Source of the DNA: Parasphingorhabdus sp.
GTDB taxonomy: Bacteria > Pseudomonadota > Alphaproteobacteria > Sphingomonadales > Sphingomonadaceae
Length of the DNA: 64,000 nt
NCBI RefSeq assembly: GCF_036963705.1
Contig: NZ_JBALUT010000003.1
Span: 4,595-68,594, forward strand
Direction of reading: 5' to 3'
Each line of letters starts with the position of its first letter. Within the stretch, counting starts at the first letter, position 1. The translations under genes and the position numbers were made by a program. This document shows positions 54,501 to 64,000 of this stretch, in pieces. The notes beneath the pieces are model-generated. The model ran no database searches. It was not told the origin of the DNA and saw only the letters and a list, made by a program, of their open reading frames with translations.

Positions 54501-56250
54501 AAAAAGCTGGGTCGAGCGCAAAAGATTGTTCGACCTGCCGCGTTCCAGCTGGGATGACTATGACAAGAAACTGATATCCAAGGGTGGCGGTGTATTTTCA
54601 CGTAGCTCGAAGACGATCAAGATCTCGAAGCAGATCGCCAAACTGCTAGACCTGCCGGACGACGCGGAGACAACGCCGTCTAAACTGATGACAGCCATTT
54701 TGGCATGCGACGCGGATCTGCTGTGGTTTGGCGGAATTGGCACATATGTGAAGGCAGCCTCAGAAAATCATATAGAAGTGGGCGACCCGGCAAATGACAA
54801 GATCCGCATCAATGCGGAGCAACTGCGGGTCAAGGCCATTGGCGAAGGCGCCAATATGGGCATCACCCAGGCCGCACGCATCGCATTCGCTGCCAAAGGC
54901 GGCCGGACCAATACCGATTTTATCGACAATAGCGCCGGGGTCGATTGCTCGGATAATGAAGTCAATATCAAGATCGCGCTCAACCCGGAATTGGTCAATG
55001 GCACGCTAAAACCAGAAGCCAGGAATATCTTGCTTGAATCGATGACCCACGATGTCGGCGCGCTGGTTCTCGAAGACAACCGGCTGCAGGCACTGGGGCT
55101 TTCCATCGCTGAAATGGGCGGCACAAAAAACCTGCCGTCCTACGTCCGCCTGATCGATCAATTCGAAGAGCAGGGCCAGTTGAACCGGGCGGTTGAAGGG
55201 CTGGCCAGCAATGAAGATCTGATCCGCCGTGGTCAGGAAAACAAGGGACTCTACCGGCCTGAACTGGCGGTATTGATTTCCACTGCGAAGCTTGTGCTAC
55301 AGGATGCTATCGAAAATAGTGACCTGGGGGATGATCCCGGGTTGAACAAAGAGCTGCTTCAGGCATTTCCGGCCGCGATGCAGGAAGGTCATAAATCGGC
55401 CATCCTCAACCATCAATTGCGCCGCGAGATCATCGCTACCAAACTGGCGAACCGGATGATCAACCGCCTGGGTCTGATTGATCCCTTTGAATTGGCCGAA
55501 GAGGAAGGCTGTTCGCTGGGCGAAGTGGCGCGCGCATTTGTCATGGCGGAACGTCTGTTCCATGCCGACCATCTTTGGCATGCGCTGGAAGTCGCGGAGA
55601 TTAGCGAAGACATCAGGATAGTCCTATTTGACCGCCTTGCTTACGTCTTGCGCTCGCACATGGCGGATTTGATGCGGATAGGCGTCTCCGACGACCGTAT
55701 TGACGATACAGTCAATATGCTGGCGCCCGGTGTGAATACGCTTAATGACAATGTTGAAAACTTGATAACCGCAGAAGGGCGTTTGCAGGCTGCAATTCAG
55801 GTGAAGGCGCTGGTTGAGGCAGGGGCGACGGCAGATATCGCCGCGAAGATTGCCAATATTTACAAAAATGATGGCGCGGCAGGCATTGCCTATCTCGCGC
55901 ACAGCCGCGAAATTGATGCTTTGGAAGTGGCCGTTGCGTTTACCACGGTCGGTAGCCAGCTTGGGCTGGACTGGGCGCAGATGACCGCTACCCGGATCAA
56001 TCCATCGGATCCCTGGGACCGTTTGCTGGTGGCAGGGTTGGCGCGCGATTTTCAGCAGATGCGTCTTGATTTCCTGCGCCGGACTCGCGGAAAGGATATG
56101 CCGCAATTTGTCGAGAGCTGGGCCGAACGCAATATCGACCGTGTCGCCCAGTTCAGAAAGATCATGGATCGGGCACAACAAACGTCAAAACCCTCGATTG
56201 CCATGTTGGCACAAATTGCAGGGCAGGCGCGGCTGCTGCTCTCGCGCTAG
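51574..56250 (+). CDS. NAD-specific glutamate dehydrogenase, large (about 180 kDa) class
   Basis: About 1558 aa with the GGLRWSDR and VPTGAKGGF catalytic core and family-typical flanking regions. ATG 51574 follows GGGGGA; the ORF track starts at TTG 51544. Confidence 0.93.
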   Translation: MAANLKPKSTRSSKTADGLEQALITAFRESALPGENIGFDKKACQEAAHFTLRCAQERQGSEASLSLESVSGHQNHRHLRLAIVNDDMPFLVDSVCATIAGFGLTIERLIHPVVAVRRDVKGQLVEISEQATSGEKRESIIYIELERTDARIRRDLVKALRSNLKDIAAAVADWLKLQIVLGENADALPEGEGATLLRWFLDRNLTLLGHEIVNADGGRSKQLGLARMRSQPILSEESRRRAFEWFENGGTAPLIIKSNQLSTVHRHVLMDLIIVPIRDKSNVTELSIISGMWTSAALAAAPETIPVLRTQLTRLFDKFEFSESGHAGKSLTHALTALPHDMLITFAQDDLEKLALISMSLIDRPRPKLHSVISPLARHLFAFVWLPREQLSTERRQNVENMLIDATGAKILSWSNTLEEGGVSSLRYTLDMGADGRIPDPDLLDQELENMVRGWKPEVERNLREAGQDSRAAVLAQRYANCFPGTYQTTYGALEAAKDIMRLFRLERGGQRSTRLYRLASDADHLLRLKIYHLGGALPLSDAVPTLENFGFTVLESVPTPLDDGRLGYIHDFLLELRSEERCDSLIARSDEIEEAITSVLDGEAENDGFNQLITTAGIDARSTVWMRAWFRYLRQTGLSYGLITVVEALAEAPDVTAAMITLFRALHDPDFQGDRSHAAKIATREVDAALVSVHAIDDDRILRLVRAVIESILRTNAFAYQAGEALAFKIESAKIPELPAPVPWREIFVYSPRVEGIHLRAGPVARGGLRWSDRRDDFRTEILGLMKAQRVKNAVIVPTGAKGGFFAKQLPSGDDRDAFIAEGIEAYKIFISALLSVTDNIVEGKVVPPSRVERLDDDDPYFVVAADKGTASFSDIANQIAIDRGFWLGDAFASGGSNGYDHKAMGITARGAWVSVQRHFAETGVDVQSTPITVVGVGDMSGDVFGNGMLLSKTLKIVAAFDHRHIFIDPDPDSEKSWVERKRLFDLPRSSWDDYDKKLISKGGGVFSRSSKTIKISKQIAKLLDLPDDAETTPSKLMTAILACDADLLWFGGIGTYVKAASENHIEVGDPANDKIRINAEQLRVKAIGEGANMGITQAARIAFAAKGGRTNTDFIDNSAGVDCSDNEVNIKIALNPELVNGTLKPEARNILLESMTHDVGALVLEDNRLQALGLSIAEMGGTKNLPSYVRLIDQFEEQGQLNRAVEGLASNEDLIRRGQENKGLYRPELAVLISTAKLVLQDAIENSDLGDDPGLNKELLQAFPAAMQEGHKSAILNHQLRREIIATKLANRMINRLGLIDPFELAEEEGCSLGEVARAFVMAERLFHADHLWHALEVAEISEDIRIVLFDRLAYVLRSHMADLMRIGVSDDRIDDTVNMLAPGVNTLNDNVENLITAEGRLQAAIQVKALVEAGATADIAAKIANIYKNDGAAGIAYLAHSREIDALEVAVAFTTVGSQLGLDWAQMTATRINPSDPWDRLLVAGLARDFQQMRLDFLRRTRGKDMPQFVESWAERNIDRVAQFRKIMDRAQQTSKPSIAMLAQIAGQARLLLSR

Positions 56251-57530
56251 ATCCAGAACCCCAGCACATGAAGGGACACACCGACCAGTCCGCCCACCAG
56301 AGTGCCGTTCACCCTGATGAATTGCAGGTCGCGGCCAACGGCATTTTCGACGCGGTCAGTTATCGTCTGGGCATCCCAACCGCGGACGGTTTCGGACACT
56401 AGCTTGACGATATTGTCGCCATAGCTGGCGACGACTCCGATGACAGCACGCCGGCCGAAGCGGTTGATCTGCCGGTTGAGCAGCTTGTCTTGTTGCAGGC
56501 TGTTGCCGAGCTGGATCAGGGCGTCGCCAAACTGGCCGGCTAGCGCGGCATCAGGGTCGCGTGCGGCCCGGAGCAGGGCCTCTCTGGCTCGCTCCCAGAT
56601 TCCATCGAGCCATGACGCGATCGCCGGATTGTCGATCATTTCTAGCTTCCACTCGTTGACCTTCTGGCGAAGTTCCGGGTCGTTTTGCAATTCGGAAGCC
56701 ATTTGCCGGAGGCTGTCTTCGGTTTTGGCCCGTACCGGGTGATTGGGGTCGGCTGCCATGTCAGCGAGCAGCTTGTACAGTCCGTCGAGCACTTCATTGG
56801 CGACGCGGTCATCAAGGCCGGTCCAGCGCATCACCGCATTGGCGCGGTCGGTGACTATCTTGCGAATCACAAGTTCATTGGTGTCCAAAGTGCGATAGGC
56901 CCAGCGGATGGTAGAATCGATCAAGGGACCGTGGCGCTTTTCGGCCATCACCGCCTCGAGAATTTGCCCCATTGGTGTCGCGATGTCCAGGCCAACGGCC
57001 TGGGTTTTGACGGCACCTTTGAACATTGTCCCCAGACGGTCTTTGTTGAGCGAGGCAATCGCATCGCCCAAAAGCCGTGACGCGCCGAACTTGAGCCGCC
57101 CTTCGCCTCCGCTCGGTGATTTTAGAAATCGTCCGATGCCACTGGCAAGGTCAACATTGCGCATACGCTGCGCAACCAAGCGAGAAATCAGGAAATTGTC
57201 CTTCAGAAAATTGGCCAGCGTATCGCCGATCCGGTCTTTGTTGCGCGGAATAATAGCGGTGTGCGGTATCGGCAAGCCCATCGGATGACGGAATAAGGCG
57301 GTGACGGCGAACCAGTCCGCTAGACCGCCGACCATCGCGGCTTCGGCAAATGCACGGACAAACCCCAGTGCCGGATGTACCGCTTCATAGCTTTTCGAAG
57401 CAAAATAGATGATAGCCATGACCACCAGCATGCCGGTGGCGATAATTTTCATATCCCGGCCGGCATTCTGGTTTTTCTTGGCAGAGCTTGCTCCGCCTCC
57501 GCTGCTCATCTGTGAGGATATTGGCTTCAC
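56247..57530 (-). CDS. DUF445 family membrane protein
   Basis: Has AMVGGLADWFAVTALFRHPMGLPIPHTAIIPRNKDRIG. GTG 57530 overlaps the RND stop (GTGA); alternative ATG 57509. Confidence 0.8.
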   Translation of the reverse strand: MKPISSQMSSGGGASSAKKNQNAGRDMKIIATGMLVVMAIIYFASKSYEAVHPALGFVRAFAEAAMVGGLADWFAVTALFRHPMGLPIPHTAIIPRNKDRIGDTLANFLKDNFLISRLVAQRMRNVDLASGIGRFLKSPSGGEGRLKFGASRLLGDAIASLNKDRLGTMFKGAVKTQAVGLDIATPMGQILEAVMAEKRHGPLIDSTIRWAYRTLDTNELVIRKIVTDRANAVMRWTGLDDRVANEVLDGLYKLLADMAADPNHPVRAKTEDSLRQMASELQNDPELRQKVNEWKLEMIDNPAIASWLDGIWERAREALLRAARDPDAALAGQFGDALIQLGNSLQQDKLLNRQINRFGRRAVIGVVASYGDNIVKLVSETVRGWDAQTITDRVENAVGRDLQFIRVNGTLVGGLVGVSLHVLGFWI

Positions 57531-60500
57531 TCGGCTGGCTGGACCTCTGCACCGGGGCGATCATGGCGATCATCGCCCGGTTTGTAAGTCAACATCCTGT
57601 TGCGCAACCAAGGGCCGGCCCGGCGTTCGAATCCGTCTGCCAGACTGAAGCCTGCCGGCACGATGACCAATGTCAGCAAGGTTGACACGATCAGACCGCC
57701 GATCACGACTATTCCCATCGGCGCGCGCCATGCACCATCGCCAGTCAACGAAATTGCGGTCGGGACCATACCGGCGGTCATTGCCACGGTGGTCATGACA
57801 ATCGGCTGGGCACGCTTGTGCCCGGCATCCATGATCGCCTCGAATTTAGGCACGCCTTTCTGCATTTCCTCGATCGCAAAATCGATCAGAAGAATGGAGT
57901 TTTTACTGACAATTCCGAGCAGCATGAGCACACCAATCAAAACCGGCATCGACACTGATGTACCCGTGGCCCACACCAACAACATCCCGCCGAGCGGCGC
58001 CAGTGCCAGTGATCCCATGTTGACCAGCGGCGACATCAAACGTTTGTAGAGCAAGACCAGTGTCGCAAAGACCAGCAATATGCCAGCGATCAGTGCGATC
58101 ACGAAATTGACTGCCAGTTCCTGTTGCCACTCGTCTTCACCAAAGGCTTCGTTGGACACACCGGTGGGCAGGTTCTTCATGATGGGCAGGTCGAAGATTT
58201 TCTCCATCGCCTCGCCTTTGATGACGTCCGGAGCGAGATCGGCACCGATAAATGTCCGGCGATTCTGGTTGTAGCGCTGGATCGAAGTCGGCCCGGACCC
58301 GAAACTGACCGTGGCCACACGGCTGAGCGGAACCGTTCCGCCGGTCGCAATCGGGATTGGCAGGTTTTCGATAGTCGTCAGGTTGGCCCGCGATGCGAGC
58401 GGCAACATGACACGGATCGGAATCTGCCGGTCCGACAGCGAAAATTTTGCTGCATTCTGATCAATTTCACCCAATGTCGCGATCCGGATTGTCTGGCTCA
58501 GTGAGGCAGTTGTTACTCCCAGCTGGGATGCAAGATCCATATGGGGAGTAATGATAATCTCGGGGCGGCTAAGATCAGATGCGATCCGCGGTGCGCGCAC
58601 TTCAGTTACGGATTTCATCTGCTCCACCAGTTGGGCAGCGGTGGAATCAAGTAAATTGGGATCCGAACCGGTCAGCATGATGGAGATATCGCGTCCGGTT
58701 CCGCCGCCGCCATTTTGTGACTGGAAGGAAATCCGGGCATCCGGGATTTTCTGAAGCTCCGGTGACAGGCTGCGCTCAAATTCCATCGAGGTCTTTTTTC
58801 GATCTTCTTTCAGACTCACGAAGACCGTCGCGTTGGTTTCGCGAACCCGCGTCAGAGCACGGTCAACTTCGGGCTGGGCATACATGAGGTTTGACACCCG
58901 GTCGGCAATCTTTTCGGTCTGTTCAAGCGTTGTTCCAGGGACAACCTCAATCTGAATACGACTATTGTCCTGATTGGTTGTCGGCTGAAATTCGCTAGGC
59001 GTAATCGCAAACAATATGACCGTCAGGCCAAAGGCAACCACACCGGTCCCCATCATCCAAATGCGGTGATCATGGCCTCGGGCCCGAAAGCGGCCGGAAC
59101 GATAAGCATACCAGTCGGCGAAGCGGCTGCCCAAGACGCCGGCCGAACGTTTGATCATCAATGCCAACAAAGTTGCACCTGCAGCACCGGCGATAACGCC
59201 GACGATCAGGCCCAAAATGGCTCGCAAAAAGTCGCTCGGTATCAAAGTCATCAGCAGCCCGTGGACAAACATGCCGACAGCAAATGCGACGCCGCCGAAT
59301 GCAGCAAATATCAACGCGAACAATATAAAGCCGACCAGATATTGCCACCAAGCGGCTTTGGCAGGGACAAGTGTTTCCCGAATACGATCAGCTGTCGAGC
59401 GATCCAACACCCATTCCAGCAATCGCATATATCGGTCCATCCAAACCCCTTCGCCATGCTCGGCCTGGCCGTGAGACTTAAGAAAATAGGCTGCGATCAT
59501 CGGCGTTATCATACGTGCGACTGCCAGACTCATCAAAACCGAAACAACAACCGTTATCCCGAAATTTTTGAAAAACTGGCCGGATATGCCGGGCATCAGT
59601 CCGACCGGCAGGAATACGGCAACGATACAGAAGGAGGTGGCGACAACCGCGAGGCCAATCTCGTCCGCTGCATCAATCGACGCCTGATAGGCGCTTTTCC
59701 CCATGCGCATATGGCGCACGATATTCTCAATCTCGACAATGGCATCGTCGACCAGCACACCTGCAACCAGGCCCAGCGCGAGCAATGAGAGAAAGTTGAG
59801 ATTGAACCCGAGCAGGTCCATGAACCAGAATGTCGGTATCGCGGACAATGGTATGGCAATGGCCGAAATAACCGTCGCCCGCCAGTCGCGCAGGAAGATG
59901 AAAACGACGACGACGGCCAATATCGCGCCTTCGATCATCGCCAGCATCGAGCTTTTATATTGCGATTTTGTATAAATAACGCTGTTAAACAGCGGGATGA
60001 ATTCGATCCCTGGAACTTCCGCAGAAATCTTGTCCATGACGACAATCGCTTCGTCATAAACCGTGACGTCTGAAGCGCCGCGCGCGCGTGTCATGGAGAA
60101 GTTTACGACCTCTACGCCCTTCACCTTGCTGATCGAACTACGTTCGCCGAAGGAGTCGGTGACTTCTGCAACATCACTCAATTTAATTGTCTGGCCATTG
60201 CCCAAGGATATCTGCGTCTGGGACAAGTCATAGGCATCGTCGGCGTTGCCCAAGACGCGGACGGATTGACGGGTGCCGCCCACTTCTGCGCGGCCACCAG
60301 CAGCATTTATGTTGATCTGGCGCAGCGCGCTGTTGATCTGGCTCGCCGTCACGCCAAGCGCTTGCATCCGTTCTGGACGCAGGATTACCCTGATTTCTCT
60401 GTCAACGCCGCCAAATCGGTCAACTTCGGCCATTCCATCAACTGACAGCAGCCGTTTGGCGACGGTGTCGTCGACGAACCAGCTGAGCTGTTCGACGGTC

Positions 60501-60952
60501 ATGTCATCGGCTTTGACCGCAAAAAAGGCGATCGGGCCGCCTACTGCGTCGACTTTCGACACTTGCGGTTCCAATATACCTTCCGGCAGGGACCCGCGAA
60601 CCTGATCGACCGCATTTTTTACTTCGTTGACGCTGTTGTTTACGTCCGCGCCGATTTCGAATTCGACAAATGTGCTGCTGCTGCCTTCGCTTGCGGTCGA
60701 GCTGATATTCTTGACGCCACTAATCGAACGAACCGCTGCCTCGATACGTTGTGTGATCTGGCTTTCAATCTCGGTCGGTGCCGCGCCCGGCTGCGCAATC
60801 CGAACAGAAACCGCCGGAAAATCCACCTCAGGATTGTTGACGACGTCCATGCGATTGAAGCTCAGCAAGCCAGCAAACAGAAGCGCGGCAAAGAGCACCA
60901 AGGGGGCGACCGGATTGCGAGTGCTCCAGGCGGAGATATTGCGAAGATTCAT
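57527..60952 (-). CDS. RND efflux permease (AcrB-like) with about 100 aa inserted between the two halves
   Basis: 1141 aa with RND hallmarks ([18 protein letters not shown]). Has an extra hydrophobic region at aa ~519-626. Confidence 0.92.
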   Translation of the reverse strand: MNLRNISAWSTRNPVAPLVLFAALLFAGLLSFNRMDVVNNPEVDFPAVSVRIAQPGAAPTEIESQITQRIEAAVRSISGVKNISSTASEGSSSTFVEFEIGADVNNSVNEVKNAVDQVRGSLPEGILEPQVSKVDAVGGPIAFFAVKADDMTVEQLSWFVDDTVAKRLLSVDGMAEVDRFGGVDREIRVILRPERMQALGVTASQINSALRQININAAGGRAEVGGTRQSVRVLGNADDAYDLSQTQISLGNGQTIKLSDVAEVTDSFGERSSISKVKGVEVVNFSMTRARGASDVTVYDEAIVVMDKISAEVPGIEFIPLFNSVIYTKSQYKSSMLAMIEGAILAVVVVFIFLRDWRATVISAIAIPLSAIPTFWFMDLLGFNLNFLSLLALGLVAGVLVDDAIVEIENIVRHMRMGKSAYQASIDAADEIGLAVVATSFCIVAVFLPVGLMPGISGQFFKNFGITVVVSVLMSLAVARMITPMIAAYFLKSHGQAEHGEGVWMDRYMRLLEWVLDRSTADRIRETLVPAKAAWWQYLVGFILFALIFAAFGGVAFAVGMFVHGLLMTLIPSDFLRAILGLIVGVIAGAAGATLLALMIKRSAGVLGSRFADWYAYRSGRFRARGHDHRIWMMGTGVVAFGLTVILFAITPSEFQPTTNQDNSRIQIEVVPGTTLEQTEKIADRVSNLMYAQPEVDRALTRVRETNATVFVSLKEDRKKTSMEFERSLSPELQKIPDARISFQSQNGGGGTGRDISIMLTGSDPNLLDSTAAQLVEQMKSVTEVRAPRIASDLSRPEIIITPHMDLASQLGVTTASLSQTIRIATLGEIDQNAAKFSLSDRQIPIRVMLPLASRANLTTIENLPIPIATGGTVPLSRVATVSFGSGPTSIQRYNQNRRTFIGADLAPDVIKGEAMEKIFDLPIMKNLPTGVSNEAFGEDEWQQELAVNFVIALIAGILLVFATLVLLYKRLMSPLVNMGSLALAPLGGMLLVWATGTSVSMPVLIGVLMLLGIVSKNSILLIDFAIEEMQKGVPKFEAIMDAGHKRAQPIVMTTVAMTAGMVPTAISLTGDGAWRAPMGIVVIGGLIVSTLLTLVIVPAGFSLADGFERRAGPWLRNRMLTYKPGDDRHDRPGAEVQPAE

Positions 60953-60978
60953 CGATCAGGCCCCAAATTGTGCACCAC

Positions 60979-62157
60979 TCACGCGCCGCCGGCTTTCTTC
61001 TGGACTTTAGGCTGAACCGTTTCACCAGGGCTCAGGAAACCGCCAGCGCGAAGCACGACTTTTTCGTTTCCGGTCAATCCGGACGTGATGGACAGGCCGG
61101 CAGCAGATACTGAGCCGATCACCACGTCGCGCCGCACTGCCTTGTTGTCCGGGCCGATAATATAGACAAAGCTTCCTTTGCTATCGTTTTGCAGGGCAGA
61201 TTCTGGAAGAACGGCCACCTCGGAGGTTCCGCTCTGGATTCGCGCGCTGGCGAATCCACCCGGGCGTAAAGCGCTGTCATATCCCAACGAAATTCTGGCG
61301 ATGCCCTGACGGGATTGCGGGTCAATCACGGGAGATATCTGCCAGACCTGTCCGGTTAGAACCTTGGTGGTTCCGACCGGGGTGACTTGCGTGGAAATGC
61401 CCACCGAAATATTGGCCAAATCGCTTTCGCCAAGCTGCGCCTGTAACTCCATTTCGCCATTTTGTGCGAGCAGGAAGAGAACGCCACTGCCTTGAGTCAC
61501 CGTCTGTCCGGGCTCGACATTGCGTTCTAGTACGAAACCGGCCTTGGGGGCCACGATATTCAAGCGGCTGTTGCGTGCCCGGGTTTCATTCAATTGGGCT
61601 TGTGACACCCGCAGCCGCGCGGCGGTGGAATCGCGGGTAGCCGTTAGCCGGTCAATATCGGCCTTGGATATAAATCCCCGATCCACCAGCTTTGCTGCGC
61701 GGTCGAGATTGGCCTGCGCCAGATTAAGATCGGCGCGAGCGACGCCAACCGATGCTTCGAGGCCCGCTGCTTGCTGGGATTGAACCGAACAGTCGATACT
61801 GGCCATGATCTGGCCCTGCTTCACCCAGTCGCCGGCGTCGACATAGACATTGGTTACCCGGCCGCCCTCGCCGACTACGCTGACCGGAATCTCCCGGCGC
61901 GCTGCCAGGGTTCCCGTCGCATTGATTGTCCGTGTAACTTGCTGTTTGCCGGGGGCCATGACAGTGACCATGGGCGCCTGACTCACAACTTCTTCATCGC
62001 CTTTGGCACCGAAAAAATAATTATAACCGATATACGCAAGCAAAAGCGCTACAACCACAGCCGCTGCGATAATTAGGGGGCGGCGATTAGCCGCACGCTG
62101 CACTGGGTCGTCCATAATCGAAATTTCGCTACTGGGGATGGTGGATTCATAGTTCAT
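60979..62157 (-). CDS. RND periplasmic adaptor (membrane fusion protein)
   Basis: N-terminal TM, coiled-coil hairpin (ARADLNLAQANLDRA...AQLNETRA), barrel-sandwich motifs. Confidence 0.9.
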   Translation of the reverse strand: MNYESTIPSSEISIMDDPVQRAANRRPLIIAAAVVVALLLAYIGYNYFFGAKGDEEVVSQAPMVTVMAPGKQQVTRTINATGTLAARREIPVSVVGEGGRVTNVYVDAGDWVKQGQIMASIDCSVQSQQAAGLEASVGVARADLNLAQANLDRAAKLVDRGFISKADIDRLTATRDSTAARLRVSQAQLNETRARNSRLNIVAPKAGFVLERNVEPGQTVTQGSGVLFLLAQNGEMELQAQLGESDLANISVGISTQVTPVGTTKVLTGQVWQISPVIDPQSRQGIARISLGYDSALRPGGFASARIQSGTSEVAVLPESALQNDSKGSFVYIIGPDNKAVRRDVVIGSVSAAGLSITSGLTGNEKVVLRAGGFLSPGETVQPKVQKKAGGA

Positions 62158-62346
62158 TTTTTTGCTCTTCGGTCAGGTCCATATCGCATTCTTGCGCTGC
62201 GATACATAAAAGAATCGCTGATTTTCCGGACAATTCGAATTTCATCAACTGTGTTACATCAATATGGCACTAGCGGCAAGCCGGAACAGTATTCAGCCGG
62301 TTTTGCAAGCCATGGTTCGACCAACGACCGATATTATCTTATCAAA

Positions 62347-62372
62347 GGGCCGGTTCGCGAACGGACCGGCCC
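62347..62372 (-). terminator. Strong hairpin downstream of the GlsB/YeaQ-like gene
   Basis: GGGCCGGT..CG-CGAA-CG..ACCGGCCC has an ~11-bp stem and a tetraloop. On the minus strand it is followed by TTTGATA, 35 nt after the stop. Confidence 0.55.
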
Positions 62373-62407
62373 TCAAAATCCTCGAATTTCATTCTGAAAA
62401 TCAGTCT

Positions 62408-62671
62408 CTAACGAACCCGTCCGCGTTGAATGAGGTTCAATATCAGCAACAGCACCACTGCACCGACAAAGGCGGTGAACAAGCCGGTGATCGAAAACTG
62501 CTGAATAGTGCCGCCAAAGCCGAAATATCCGCCCACAAAATTGCCGATTACCGATCCGATAATGCCGACAATGATGTTCCAGAAAACGCCCATGGAGGCA
62601 TCACGTCCCATCACCATACTGGCTAGCCAGCCTGCAACACCGCCGACGATCAATGCAATAATCCAACCCAT
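62408..62671 (-). CDS. GlsB/YeaQ/YmgE family stress-response membrane protein
   Basis: Has MGWIIALIVGGVAGWLASMVMG...IIVGIIGSVIGNFV. Confidence 0.85.
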   Translation of the reverse strand: MGWIIALIVGGVAGWLASMVMGRDASMGVFWNIIVGIIGSVIGNFVGGYFGFGGTIQQFSITGLFTAFVGAVVLLLILNLIQRGRVR

Positions 62672-62693
62672 ATATTCCTCCTGCTTATATGTA

Positions 62694-62713
62694 AGCGTGG
62701 ATTTTTATCCACG
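62694..62713. other. Perfect 8-bp-stem hairpin in the 5' region of the GlsB-like gene
   Basis: GCGTGGAT-TTTT-ATCCACGC, 23 nt upstream of ATG 62671. Role unknown (upstream terminator or leader structure). Confidence 0.4.
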
Positions 62714-62821
62714 CGTTATAGTGGGACATAGAGGATTTTTCAGATGACTTGAAGGAATAAAAAAGAACCGCCGGAGTTGCTCCGACGGTCCTATCAATGC
62801 TTTGAGTTTAAGAAGCGTCCA

Positions 62822-63121
62822 TTAGTATTTCTGCTGGCGCTCGTACAAGTCTCGGTAATGCTGAATTCGGGTGACTCGCAGTCCTGGCATTCCGGACCGG
62901 TCAACGGCCCGTTGCCAAGAAGCAAACTCTTCCAGTGAAAGATCATAGCGGTCGCAAACTTCATCAACGGTCAGCAGGCCGCCGTTGACCGCTGCAACAA
63001 CTTCCGCCTTCCGGCGAACCACCCAGCGAGTCGTGCCAGGTTTCGGCAAATCACCAATGGTGAGTGGCTCACCCAGTGGACCGACAACTTGCGCTGGTTT
63101 TATTTTTTGATTTTCAATCAT
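62822..63121 (-). CDS. DUF1153 domain protein
   Basis: Has TRWVVRRKAEVVAAVNGGLLTVDEVCDRYDLSLEEFASWQRAVDRSGMPGLR. Start at ATG 63121. Confidence 0.7.
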   Translation of the reverse strand: MIENQKIKPAQVVGPLGEPLTIGDLPKPGTTRWVVRRKAEVVAAVNGGLLTVDEVCDRYDLSLEEFASWQRAVDRSGMPGLRVTRIQHYRDLYERQQKY

Positions 63122-63243
63122 ACTAACCTCAAATTTTGCCTTTCGGCATTTGGCCCTGTTTTTCCGTTCCGTCTGGTCTTCGTAACAGCAGAGCTTTTCG
63201 ATTACCTGAATTGCCAAGGTAAACGCCGCGTTCATAATTTCGA

Positions 63244-63627
63244 TTATTCGAGCATGTCGTCGATCTTCCTATTTGCCAGATCCGGTCTAAAGCAGCCGGT
63301 TCCAAACAAAGTTGTTTTCTTGCGTCCGGTCATGTCCGACCGCACTCTTCCGGCAAAAAATGCCATTCGATTGTCCATAAAGGATTCAGGGGCTGCCGTC
63401 TGGTCACTTGGCAGGCCCTTTCTGGCCGCGTCATAATAGCGCGCCGACTGGCTGGAAGCCTGTCGCGCAATGGCGTGGGCAAACAAAGTCTGCCGGTCTG
63501 GGACTTTTGTGACAACAGCAGCGTTGTCATCAAAGGTTGCCTTTTCCAGGTCCTTATGGGGGAAGTTCATTTCCATAGACGCCGGTCTAACAGCGAAGGT
63601 ATAAACTTGTGTAAAAGGGATGTTCAC
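63244..63627 (-). CDS. Hypothetical protein
   Basis: 127-aa ORF with no family recognised. Start uncertain. Confidence 0.4.
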   Translation of the reverse strand: MNIPFTQVYTFAVRPASMEMNFPHKDLEKATFDDNAAVVTKVPDRQTLFAHAIARQASSQSARYYDAARKGLPSDQTAAPESFMDNRMAFFAGRVRSDMTGRKKTTLFGTGCFRPDLANRKIDDMLE

Positions 63628-63765
63628 ACCACCTTAGGACTGGTTAAGCAATCCTTCCTCTTATCGAGACCATTCGTGCCAAAATGGACCACATCAGGGC
63701 AAAAGAGGGGATAGGATCGCAGCGCTGGCGCAAACGGCAGGATTTCTTTAGGGACTGCAATTGTT

Positions 63766-64000
63766 ATGACAGATCGAATCAACGGAAATTTTCAGCTCGG
63801 TGACGACCTGACGGGCAAGCGCATAGTCGTAGCCATGTCGGGCGGTGTCGATTCGAGCGTTGTCGCGGCTCTTGCTGCCCGAACCGGCGCGGAAACCATT
63901 GGCATTACGTTACAACTATATGATCATGGTGAAGCTGTGGGTCGAGTCGGTAGCTGTTGTGCCGGACAGGATATCCGAGACGCGCGCGCCGTTGCTGACC
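63766..64000 (+). CDS. mnmA: tRNA 2-thiouridine(34) synthase MnmA (5' part, runs off the window)
   Basis: MTDRINGNF...[19 protein letters not shown] (PP-loop SGGVDSS) and ...[13 protein letters not shown]. Confidence 0.9.
   Translation, partial: MTDRINGNFQLGDDLTGKRIVVAMSGGVDSSVVAALAARTGAETIGITLQLYDHGEAVGRVGSCCAGQDIRDARAVAD

Noticed and set aside
55624-56181. 185-aa ORF antisense to the NAD-glutamate dehydrogenase gene (similar long antisense ORFs occur at 51769-52203, 52747-53148 and 22581-23390)
   Set aside because: These are shadow ORFs inside well-supported genes. Such antisense ORFs in this dehydrogenase family are a known mis-annotation source.

Overview
This 64-kb window is a chromosomal segment from a high-GC Gram-negative bacterium. 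Gene content and protein style suggest an alphaproteobacterium, possibly sphingomonad-like, but that is inference only. All family assignments below come from reading motifs in the supplied translations. No searches were run, and GC statements are by eye.

Most of the window is ordinary core genome:
- polA
- a tight nine-gene minus-strand operon (8.0-15.7 kb) joining sulfide oxidation genes (persulfide dioxygenase, two YeeE/YedE proteins, a DUF442-type II SQR fusion, SulP) to a cytochrome bd-type quinol oxidase, facing a divergent peroxiredoxin-ArsR-methyltransferase unit
- an ECF sigma factor next to a membrane Ser/Thr kinase with TPR repeats, followed by a tandem-LCCL secreted protein
- a fatty-acid beta-oxidation block (thiolase, thioesterase II, acyl-CoA ligase, bifunctional hydratase/dehydrogenase)
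- the giant NAD-glutamate dehydrogenase
- an RND efflux operon
- the start of mnmA

The accessory part is a 16.75-kb island (32986-49735 plus the repeat inside the tRNA). It is inserted in the 3' end of tRNA-Thr(CGU) and bounded by a perfect 45-bp direct repeat. Just outside it lies the decayed integrase of an older element. The island carries three modules:
1. A two-partner secretion locus: a wHTH/TPR-like regulator, a lipoprotein, TpsB, and a 1306-aa TpsA. The TpsA has GLUG repeats, poly-Pro and (PT)n linkers and an unassigned C-terminal module.
2. A P4-type integrase plus a RepB-like primase/P-loop NTPase.
3. At the tRNA-proximal edge, an AT-rich, translationally coupled pair: a DUF262 protein and an RX4H HEPN protein.

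The DUF262-HEPN pair is my best candidate for a not-yet-characterised (defence) system. The TpsA C-terminal module is the second candidate.
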